From positions 186,001-250,000 of the forward strand of contig OZ251243.1 in NCBI GenBank assembly GCA_965240325.2: a stretch of 64,000 nucleotides of DNA. Reading direction: 5' to 3'. The notes beneath the pieces are model-generated. The model did not search any database, had not been told where the DNA came from, and saw nothing but the letters and a program-made list of their open reading frames with translations. Positions 10,401-21,600 of the stretch are shown here, one piece after another. The position numbers were made by a program, and so were the translations under genes. This DNA comes from Rebecca billardiae RCC1528 (Eukaryota > Protista > Haptophyta). Within the stretch, counting starts at the first letter, position 1. Each line of letters opens with the position of its first letter.

Positions 10401-13400
10401 ACGTCACCACGGGCGTCACGCCCGCGATCACGGTCACGCGCACCGACGCGGCCGCGGGCTCGGCAAAGGCGCCCGTGCGCACGGCCACGGTGAGGTCGTA
10501 CGCGCCGAGCGGCAGCGCGAGCGCGGGCACGCGCAGCACGGCGAGGTGCGCCGCGGCGCCGAGCTCGGTCAGGTTGAGCGCGACGCCGACCGCCTCGCCC
10601 GCGGTCGCCGCCGCCGCCGCCGCGGCAGAGTCGCCGCCGACGTCGGCGCCGCCCACCGCCACGCCACTCCACTCGAAGCGCAGCCGCGCGGCGCCGTCGG
10701 CTCGGTTGGGGTCGGCCGAGGCGGACGCGTCGATCACGATGGGCTCGAGCGCGCCGAGCGTGCGGTCGCCGCCCGCGATCGTCGCGCGCAGCGGCAGCCG
10801 GCGCGTGGCGACGCGCACGGTCGCGCTGCCCTCCGCCGCCGCGCCGCCGCCGCCCGGCTCGGCCGCGCGCGCACGCAGCGTGTATGTGCGCAGCGGCTCG
10901 AGCGCAAAGGGCGGGAGCAACAGCGTGGCGCCCGAGTGCGCGGCGAGCGTGCGGAGCAGCAGCGCGCCGCCCGCCGCCGCCGCGCCGCTCGCCGTCTCCA
11001 CCGCGCCGAGCAGCGTCCACTCGAAGCGGAGGTCCCCGCCGTGCGCGTGCTCGCCCGCGCCGCAGCCCTCCGGCCGGCGCGTCGACGCCGCCAGGCTCAG
11101 CCGCTCCGACGGCCACGCGGCGACGAGCGCGGGGCCGGCGATGTCGACGAGCAGCTCGGCGGCGCTCTGCCGGTGCGCGACGTGCGTCGCCGCTGCCGAG
11201 GTGACGCCGAGGAACGAGGTCACGCGCAGCGCGAACCCCCAGCGCGTCCCGCCCGGCGGCATCGTCAGACTCGCCACCGACGCGGCGGGCGGCAGCGCGG
11301 CCAGCTGCGCCTCCACCGCCGCCACCTCGGCCTCGGGCGCGTTGGTGGAGGAGACGTCGACCGTCCACTCGTAGGCGGGCAGGCCGATGCCGCCCGTGGT
11401 GGAAGCGGTGGCGTCGAGGCGCACCGTCTCGTTCGCGCACGCCGAGAGCATCGCGGGCGCGCTCAGCGTCGCAACAGGCACGGGGCACGCCGCCTCCGGC
11501 CCGCACGGCGCGTCCACGTCGACGGCCGCGCGCAGCCCGACGCCAAGATAGGCCTCGTCGCACGCCGGCGAGCACGCGGCGGGGGCGAGCACGCCGTCGC
11601 GCACGCCGACGACGGCGCCGGGCGCGAGGCCCGTCGACGACGTCAGCTGCACGACGAGCGTCGAGTCGCCCTCCCAGAAGCAGCCCGGCTCGGCGGAGGA
11701 GCCCGCGATGGCGGCGGCGGCGGCGGAGGCGGAGGGCGCGCCGGCGACGAGCGCCAGGGTGGGCTCGTCGAGCACACGGCCGCACGGCTGCACGCCCTCC
11801 GCCATGCGCGCGCGGTCGGTCGGCTGCGCGTCGAACTCGAGGCGGAGCGCGGTGGCGTCGTCGCTGAAGCGCGCGCGCAGCAGCACGGGCGCGTGCAAGC
11901 CGATAAACGTGAAGTACACACCGCCGCCCGCGCCGCCGCCGGGCGGCACGCCAGCCGCTGGCGCAAACTGCTGCCCGTTCAGCGCCACGCGCAGCTGCGC
12001 CGGGCCCTCCGGGCCGGCGGTGGGGGTCCGCACGAGCAGCGCGTCGTCGACGGCGAGCTGGGCGGGCACGGGCGGCGCGCCGTCGCCGAAGGCCACGCGC
12101 AGCAGCGGCAGTAGCCCCGCGCCCTGCAGCGCCACAAATCCGCCGCCGCCCACGATCACGGACAGGCCGTGTACGCCTGAGCTCGGCGCGACGGAGCGCA
12201 CGCTCGGCTCGGCGTAGAAGACGAAGGGGCGCGCGGAGGCGGAGACGCTGCCGGGGCGCGCGGCGCCGAGCGAGAGCTCGAGGGCGAGCGTGGTCGGCGC
12301 GCCGTCGGGCGCGGCGGGCAGCGTGCACCGCGCGCGGCTCGCGCCGCCGAGCTCGGGCAGCAGCGTCGCCGCCGCGGCGCACGCGAGCGCGTCCACGGCG
12401 GGCAGCACGCAGCACAGCTGGCCCTCGCCGTACTCGGCAAAGCCCGCGCCCGAGAGCGTGACGACGGTGCCGCCGCCGACGGGGCCGGCGGGCGGGTGGA
12501 GCGCGTCCACGCGCAGCGTGCTCGTCTCGTACAGCTCGACGCTCACCGCGTCGAAGAGCGGCGGCACGACGTGCGCGCCGCCGTCGAGCGTGAGCCGCAC
12601 CTCGTACACGCCCGCGTCCAGCCCCGCGCCCGCCGGCAGCGCGCACGTGGCCTCGTCGGCGGAGAGCACGGCGGCGGCGGTGGTCGCGAGCGCGGCAAAC
12701 GCGCCCCCGGCCTCCGCCACAGGCCCGAACGCGCAGCTGTCGCCGCCGGCGGGCGTGGCGGCGAAGCCCGCGCCGCGCAGCGTGAGCAGCACGCCCGCCG
12801 CGCCGAGCGGCGCGCCGCGCGGCGTGACAGACTCGAGAGCGGCGCGGAGGACCGGCGGCGGCGGCGGCGCGGAGGGCGGGCTCGGCGGCGGCGAGGGCGG
12901 CGGCGGCGGCGGCGCGCTCGGTGGCGGCGTTGGCGGCGCGCTCGGCGGCGACGGCGGCGGGAATGGCTCGGTGCGTGGCGGCGGCGGCAGATGCGGCGGA
13001 GGCGATGGCGGCGGCGGCGAGGGCGAGGGCGGTGGCGGGCTGGGCGGCGCCGACGGCGGCAACGGCGGCGGGAACGGCGCCACGCGCGGCGGCGGCGGCG
13101 GTACCGGCGGCAGGGACGGCATCGGCGGCGACGGCGACGGCGGCGGAGGCCGTGGCGACGGCGGCGGCGGAGACGGCGGAGGGCTCGGCGGCGACGGCGG
13201 CGGGAACGGCTCAGCACGCGGTGGTGGCGGCGGCAGTGGCGGCGGCGACGGGGGCGGCGGCGCATTTGGCGGCTCCGACGGCGGCGGCCGTGGCGGCGGG
13301 GCCGGCGGCGAGCTCGGCGGCGGCGGCGAGGGCGGCGGCGGCGAGGGTGGCGGTGACGGCGGTGAAGGCGGCGGGAACGGCTCGGTGCGCGGCGGCGGCG

Positions 13401-13501
13401 GCAGGCTTGGCGGCGGCGGCGGCGGGCTCGGCGGAGGCGGCAGCGGCGACGGCGGTGGCGCTGAGGGCGGCGGCGGCGGCGTGGACGGCGGCGCGGCCGG
13501 C

Positions 13502-13532
<31 letters not shown>

Positions 13533-13608
13533 GCGGCGGCGCGCTCGGCGGCGACCGCGGCGGCGACGGCGGCGGGAGCGGCTCTGAGCGCGGCGGCGGT
13601 GGCATGGA

Positions 13609-13640
<32 letters not shown>

Positions 13641-14182
13641 ACGGCGGCGGCGCCGATGGCGGCGAGGACGGCGGCAGTGCTGGTGGCGGTGCGGGCGGCG
13701 CCGACGGCGGCGCCGACGGCGGCGACGGCGGCGGGAACGGCTCGGCGCGCGGCGGTGGCGGCGGCAGCGGCGGCGGCGACGGCGGCGGCGGCGATGGCGA
13801 AGGAGGCGGCGGCGGCGGCGCCGATGGTGGCGGTGGCGACGGCGGCGGCGGAGACGGCGGAGGGCTCGGCGGTGACGGCGGCGGGAACGGCTCAGCACGC
13901 GGTGGTGGCGGCGGCAGTGGCGGCGGCGACGGGGGCGGCGGCGCATTTGGCGGCTCCGACGGCGGCGGCCGTGGCGGCGGGGCCGGCGGCGAGCTCGGCG
14001 GCGGCGGCGAGGGCGGCGGCGGCGAGGGTGGCGGTGACGGCGGTGAAGGCGGCGGGAACGGCTCGGTGCGCGGCGGCGGCGGCGGGCGTGGCGGCGGAGG
14101 CGGCGGGCTCGGCGGAGGCGGCAGCGGCGACGGCGGTGGCGCTGAGGGCGGCGGCGGCGGCGTGGACGGCGGCGCGGCCGGC

Positions 14183-14213
<31 letters not shown>

Positions 14214-14289
14214 GCGGCGGCGCGCTCGGCGGCGACCGCGGCGGCGACGGCGGCGGGAGCGGCTCTGAGCGCGGCGGCGGTGGCATGGA

Positions 14290-14321
<32 letters not shown>

Positions 14322-14863
14322 ACGGCGGCGGCGCCGATGGCGGCGAGGACGGCGGCAGTGCTGGTGGCGGTGCGGGCGGCGCCGACGGCGGCGCCGACGG
14401 CGGCGACGGCGGCGGGAACGGCTCGGCGCGCGGCGGTGGCGGCGGCAGCGGCGGCGGCGACGGCGGCGGCGGCGATGGCGAAGGAGGCGGCGGCGGCGGC
14501 GCCGATGGTGGCGGTGGCGACGGCGGCGGCGGAGACGGCGGAGGGCTCGGCGGTGACGGCGGCGGGAACGGCTCAGCACGCGGTGGTGGCGGCGGCAGTG
14601 GCGGCGGCGACGGGGGCGGCGGCGCATTTGGCGGCTCCGACGGCGGCGGCCGTGGCGGCGGGGCCGGCGGCGAGCTCGGCGGCGGCGGCGAGGGCGGCGG
14701 CGGCGAGGGTGGCGGTGACGGCGGTGAAGGCGGCGGGAACGGCTCGGTGCGCGGCGGCGGCGGCGGGCGTGGCGGCGGAGGCGGCGGGCTCGGCGGAGGC
14801 GGCAGCGGCGACGGCGGTGGCGCTGAGGGCGGCGGCGGCGGCGTGGACGGCGGCGCGGCCGGC

Positions 14864-14894
<31 letters not shown>

Positions 14895-14970
14895 GCGGCG
14901 GCGCGCTCGGCGGCGACCGCGGCGGCGACGGCGGCGGGAGCGGCTCTGAGCGCGGCGGCGGTGGCATGGA

Positions 14971-15002
<32 letters not shown>

Positions 15003-15544
15003 ACGGCGGCGGCGCCGATGGCGGCGAGGACGGCGGCAGTGCTGGTGGCGGTGCGGGCGGCGCCGACGGCGGCGCCGACGGCGGCGACGGCGGCGGGAAC
15101 GGCTCGGCGCGCGGCGGTGGCGGCGGCAGCGGCGGCGGCGACGGCGGCGGCGGCGATGGCGAAGGAGGCGGCGGCGGCGGCGCCGATGGTGGCGGTGGCG
15201 ACGGCGGCGGCGGAGACGGCGGAGGGCTCGGCGGTGACGGCGGCGGGAACGGCTCAGCACGCGGTGGTGGCGGCGGCAGTGGCGGCGGCGACGGGGGCGG
15301 CGGCGCATTTGGCGGCTCCGACGGCGGCGGCCGTGGCGGCGGGGCCGGCGGCGAGCTCGGCGGCGGCGGCGAGGGCGGCGGCGGCGAGGGTGGCGGTGAC
15401 GGCGGTGAAGGCGGCGGGAACGGCTCGGTGCGCGGCGGCGGCGGCGGGCGTGGCGGCGGAGGCGGCGGGCTCGGCGGAGGCGGCAGCGGCGACGGCGGTG
15501 GCGCTGAGGGCGGCGGCGGTGGCGTGGACGGCGGCGCGGCCGGC

Positions 15545-15575
<31 letters not shown>

Positions 15576-15651
15576 GCGGCGGCGCGCTCGGAGGCGACCG
15601 CGGCGGCGACGGCGGCGGGAGCGGCTCTGAGCGCGGCGGCGGTGGCATGGA

Positions 15652-15683
<32 letters not shown>

Positions 15684-18600
15684 ACGGCGGCGGCGCCGAT
15701 GGCGGCGAGGACGGCGGCAGTGCTGGTGGCGGTGCGGGCGGCGCCGACGGCGGCGCCGACGGCGGCGACGGCGGCGGGAACGGCTCGGCGCGCGGCGGTG
15801 GCGGCGGCAGCGGCGGCGGCGACGGCGGCGGCGGCGATGGCGAAGGAGGCGGCGGCGGCGGCCCCGATGGCGGCGAAGGCGGCGGCGGGCTCGGAGGCGG
15901 CGGCGGAGGCGACGGCGGCGGCGGGCTGGGCGGCGGCGACGGCGGTGACGGCGGTGGGAAGGGCTGGACACGCGGCGGCGGCGGCGCCGTTGGCGGCGAT
16001 GACGGCGGCGGCGGCGGCGGCAACGGGTAGCGCGGAGGGCTACGGGGAGGGCTGGCTGGGGGCGAAGGCGGCGGCGACGACGGAGGCGAGGGCGGAGGGC
16101 TCGGCGGGGCTCCTGGCGGCGGCGATGGTGGCGACGAGGGCGGCAGGCTTGGAGGCGGTGACGGCGGTGGGCTTGGCGGTGGGCTCGGCGGCGGCGACGG
16201 CGGCGGGCTGGGTGGAGGGCTCGGAGGCGGGCTGGGCGGCGGGCTGGGTGGCGGGCTCGGTGGCGGGTCCGGCGGCGGCGAGGGCGGCGGTGAGGGTGGC
16301 GGGCTTGGCGGTGGACTAGGCGGCGGTGCCGGTGGCGGCGAGGGTGGTGGCGAGGGCGGCGGCGAGGGCGGCGGGCTAGGCGGCGGGCTCGGCGGCGGGC
16401 TTGGTGGTGGGGAGGGCGGTGGGCTTGGGGGCGGGCTTGGCGGCGGGCTTGGCGGCGGGCTCGGCGGCGGGCTCGGTGGCGGGCTCGGCGGCGGGCTTGG
16501 GGGTGGCGAGGGCGGTGGGCTTGGAGGCGGGCTTGGCGGCGGGCTTGGCGGCGGGCTCGGTGGCGGGCTCGGTGGCGGCGAGGGCGGCGGCGACGGTGGC
16601 GGTGACGGCGGCGGACTGGGCGGCGGCGATGGCGGTGGGCTTGGCGGTGGGCTCGGAGGCGGGCTCGGAGGCGGGCTGGGCGGCGGGCTCGGAGGCGGTG
16701 ACGGCGGCGGGCTTGGCGGCGGGCTTGGTGGCGGGCTCGGTGGTGGGCTGGGCGGCGGGCTGGGTGGCGGCGACGGTGGTGGGCTCGGCGGCGGGCTGGG
16801 CGGCGGGCTGGGCGGTGGCGAGGGCGGTGGGCTCGGCGGTGGGCTCGGCGGCGGGCTGGGCGGCGGGCTGGGCGGCGGGCTGGGTGGCGGGCTTGGCGGC
16901 GGCGACGGCGGTGGGCTGGGCGGCGGGCTGGGCGGAGGGCTTGGGGGCGGGCTCGGCGGCGGCGACGGCGGTGGGCTTGGCGGTGGGCTCGGCGGCGGCG
17001 AGGGCGGCGGGCTGGGCGGCGGGCTGGGCGGCGGGCTGGGCGGCGGGCTGGGAGGCGGGCTCGGGGGCGGGCTCGGCGGCGGGCTTGGCGGTGGGCTTGG
17101 CGGCGGTGACGGCGGCGGGCTCGGCGGCGGGCTCGGCGGCGGCGACGGTGGTGGGCTCGGCGGCGGGCTCGGCGGCGGCGACGGCGGTGGGCTTGGCGGT
17201 GGGCTGGGCGGCGGGCTGGGCGGCGGGCTAGGCGGCGGGCTGGGCGGCGGGCTGGGCGGCGGGCTCGGCGGCGGGCTTGGCGGTGGGCTTGGCGGTGGGC
17301 TCGGCGGCGGCGAGGGCGGTGGGCTGGGCGGCGGGCTGGGCGGCGGGCTCGGGGGCGGGCTCGGTGGTGGGCTCGGCGGCGGGCTGGGCGGCGGGCTGGG
17401 CGGCGGGCTGGGCGGCGGGCTAGGCGGCGGGCTTGGCGGTGGGCTTGGCGGTGGGCTCGGCGGCGGGCTTGGCGGTGGGCTTGGCGGTGGGCTCGGCGGC
17501 GGCGAGGGCGGTGGGCTGGGCGGCGGGCTGGGCGGCGGGCTCGGGGGCGGGCTGGGAGGCGGGCTCGGGGGCGGGCTGGGCGGTGGGCTCGGAGGCGGGC
17601 TGGGCGGCGGTGACGGCGGCGGGCTCGGCGGCGGCGATGGTGGCGGACTGGGCGGCGGTGACGGTGGAGGGCTCGGCGGCGGCGACGGTGGAGGGCTCGG
17701 CGGCGGGCTGGGCGGCGGGCTCGGCGGCGGGCTGGGCGGTGGGCTCGGAGGCGGGCTGGGCGGCGGTGACGGCGGCGGGCTCGGCGGCGGGGATGGTGGC
17801 GGACTCGGCGGCGGTGACGGTGGCGGGCTCGGCGGCGGCGACGGTGGAGGGCTCGGCGGCGGGCTGGGCGGCGGGCTCGGCGGCGGGCTGGGCGGTGGGC
17901 TCGGCGGCGGGCTGGGCGGCGGGCTCGGCGGCGGGCTGGGCGGTGGGCTCGGAGGCGGGCTGGGCGGCGGTGACGGCGGCGGGCTCGGCGGCGGCGATGG
18001 TGGCGGACTCGGCGGCGGTGACGGTGGCGGGCTCGGCGGCGGCGACGGTGGAGGGCTCGGCGGCGGGCTGGGCGGCGGGCTCGGCGGCGGGCTGGGCGGT
18101 GGGCTCGGAGGCGGGCTGGGCGGCGGTGACGGCGGCGGGCTCGGCGGCGGGCTGGGCGGCGGCGACGGTGGTGGGGACGGCGGCGGGCTTGGCGGCGGTG
18201 ATGGCGGCGGGCTTGGCGGTGGGCTCGGCGGCGGTGACGGCGGTGGGCTGGGCGGCGGGCTGGGCGGCGGGCTGGGCGGAGGGCTGGGCGGCGGGCTGGG
18301 CGGCGGGCTGGGCGGCGGGCTCGGCGGCGGGCTTGGCGGTGGGCTTGGCGGTGGGCTCGGCGGCGGCGAGGGCGGTGGGCTGGGCGGCGGGCTGGGCGGC
18401 GGGCTCGGGGGCGGGCTCGGCGGTGGGCTCGGCGGCGGGCTTGGCGGCGGGCTTGGCGGCGGTGACGGCGGTGGGCTGGGCGGCGGGCTTGGCGGTGGGC
18501 TTGGCGGTGGGCTCGGCGGCGGGCTTGGCGGTGGGCTTGGCGGTGGGCTTGGCGGCGGCGAGGGCGGTGGGCTGGGCGGCGGGCTGGGCGGTGGACTCGG

Positions 18601-21600
18601 CGGCGGGCTCGGCGGCGGGCTCGGCGGCGGGCTGGGCGGTGGACTCGGAGGCGGGCTGGGAGGCGGGCTCGGGGGCGGGCTGGGCGGTGGGCTCGGAGGC
18701 GGGCTGGGCGGCGGTGACGGCGGCGGGCTCGGCGGCGGGGATGGTGGCGGACTCGGCGGCGGTGACGGTGGCGGGCTCGGCGGCGGCGACGGCGGTGGGC
18801 TCGGCGGCGGGCTCGGCGGCGGCGACGGTGGTGGGGACGGCGGCGGGCTTGGCGGCGGTGATGGCGGTGGGCTGGGCGGTGGGCTCGGTGGAGGCGAGGG
18901 CGGTGGGCTGGGAGGTGGACTCGGCGGCGGGCTCGGGGGCGGGCTCGGCGGCGGGCTGGGCGGTGGACTCGGAGGCGGGCTGGGAGGCGGGCTCGGGGGC
19001 GGGCTGGGCGGTGGGCTCGGAGGCGGGCTGGGCGGCGGTGACGGCGGCGGGCTCGGCGGCGGCGATGGTGGCGGACTCGGCGGCGGTGACGGTGGCGGGC
19101 TCGGCGGCGGCGACGGTGGAGGGCTCGGCGGCGGGCTGGGCGGCGGGCTCGGCGGCGGGCTAGGCGGTGGGCTCGGAGGCGGGCTGGGCGGCGGTGACGG
19201 CGGCGGGCTCGGCGGCGGGGATGGTGGCGGACTCGGCGGCGGTGACGGTGGCGGGCTCGGCGGCGGCGACGGTGGAGGGCTCGGCGGCGGGCTGGGCGGC
19301 GGGCTCGGCGGCGGGCTGGGCGGTGGGCTCGGAGGCGGGCTGGGAGGCGGGCTCGGGGGCGGGCTGGGCGGCGGTGACGGCGGCGGGCTCGGCGGGGGGC
19401 TCGGAGGCGGCGATGGTGGCGGGCTCGGCGGTGGTGACGGCGGCGGGCTTGGCGGCGGCGACGGTGGCGGGCTGGGCGGCGGGCTGGGTGGCGGGCTTGG
19501 GGGTGGCGAAGGCGGTGGGCTTGGCGGCGGGCTCGGAGGCGGGCTGGGCGGTGGGCTGGGCGGCGGCGACGGTGGTGGTGACGGCGGCGGGCTGGGCGGC
19601 GGCGACGGCGGTGGACTTGGCGGCGGGCTCGGCGGCGGCGAGGGTGGTGGGCTGGGCGGTGGGCTCGGCGGCGGCGAGGGCGGTGGGCTGGGTGGAGGGC
19701 TCGGCGGCGGCGAGGGCGGTGGGCTTGGCGGCGGGCTCGGTGGCGGGCTTGGCGGCGGGCTCGGCGGCGGTGATGGTGGTGGGCTCGGCGGAGGCGAGGG
19801 CGGCGGGCTGGGCGGAGGGCTTGGAGGCGGACTCGGCGGCGGGCTCGGCGGCGGGCTTGGCGGTGGGCTAGGTGGCGGGCTGGGTGGCGGGCTTGGAGGC
19901 GGTGACGGCGGCGGACTCGGAGGCGGTGACGGCGGTGGGCTCGGGGGCGGCGAGGGCGGTGGGGTTGGGGGAGGGCTGGGCGGCGGGCTAGGTGGCGGGC
20001 TCGGCGGCGGCGACGGTGGCGGCCTTGGCGGCGGGCTCGGCGGCGGGCTCGGCGGCGGGCTTGGCGGTGGGCTCGGCGGCGGTGATGGTGGCGGCGAGGG
20101 CGGTGGCGAGGGCGGCGGCGAGGGCGGTGGCGAGGGCGGCGGTGAGGGTGGCGGGCTTGGAGGCGGCGAAGGCGGCGGGCTTGGCGGCGGCGACGGCGGA
20201 GGGCGTGGCGGGGGGCTCGGCGGGGGTGAGGGAGGCGGGCTTGGCGGCGGTGATGGTGGCGGGCTCGGTGGCGGAGACGGCGGCGGCGACGGCGGAGGCG
20301 AAGGTGGCGGGCTCGGCGGAGGCGGGGACGGTGGCGGCGAGGGCGGCGGCGAGGGCGGCGGCGATGGCGGTGGGCTTGGGGGCGGAGACGGTGGCGGACT
20401 GGGTGGTGGTGACGGCGGTGGGCTTGGCGGTGGCGGGCTTGGCGGAGGCGATGGCGGCGGCGATGGTGGTGGCGATGGCGGCGGCGATGGCGGTGGCGAG
20501 GGTGGCGGCGATGGTGGCGGCGATGGTGGCGGCGATGGCGGCGGCGAAGGCGGCGGCGATGGCGGCGGCGATGGCGGCGGCGATGGCGGCGGGCTCGGCG
20601 GCGGCGACGGCGGCGGCGAGGGCGGTGGGCTCGGAGGCGGTGGGCTCGGAGGCGGCGACGGCGGTGGGCTGGGCGGCGGGCTGGGCGGGGGGCTGGGCGG
20701 GGGCGATGGTGGCGGCGATGGCGGCGGCGATGGAGGTGGCGACGGCGGCGGTGACGGCGGCGGGGAGGGCGGCGGCGACGGTGGTGGCGAGGGCGGCGGC
20801 GGGCTTGGCGGCGGGCTCGGCGGTGGGCTCGGCGGAGGGGACGGTGGCGGGCTGGGCGGAGGCGAAGGCGGCGGCGAGGGCGGCGGCGACGGCGGTGGCG
20901 AGGGTGGCGGGCTCGGTGGAGGCGAGGGTGGCGGCGAGGGTGGTGGGCTTGGCGGCGGCGGGCTAGGCGGCGGCGATGGCGGGGGCGAGGGCGGCGGCGA
21001 GGGCGGCGGCGATGGTGGCGGTGATGGCGGCGGGCTCGGCGGCGGGCTTGGCGGCGGCGACGGCGGCGGGCTGGGCGGCGGCGACGGCGGCGGCGAGGGC
21101 GGTGGGCTCGGAGGCGGTGGGCTCGGAGGCGGCGACGGCGGCGGGCTCGGCGGCGGACTCGGTGGGGGGCTCGGCGGGGGCGACGGTGGCGGCGACGGGG
21201 GTGGCGATGGCGGTGGCGATGGCGGTGGCGGGCTCGGCGGCGGGCTCGGCGGAGGGCTCGGCGGTGGGCTCGGCGGTGGCGTGGGCGGCGGGGACGGCGG
21301 CGGGGACGGTGGTGGCGAGGGTGGAGGCGAGGGCGGCGGCGAGGGTGGCGGCGAGGGCGGCGGCGAGGGTGGCGGGCTGGGTGGCGGCGACGGCGGCGGA
21401 CTGGGTGGCGGCGACGGCGGCGGGCTCGGCGGCGGCGGGCTCGGCGGCGGCGAGGGCGGCGGCGAGGGCGGTGGCGAGGGCGGCGGCGACGGCGGCGGGC
21501 TTGGCGGCGGCGACGGCGGCGGCGAGGGTGGCGGGGACGGCGGCGGCGGGCTGGGTGGCGGGCTTGGAGGCGGGCTCGGCGGCGGCGATGGTGGCGGGCT

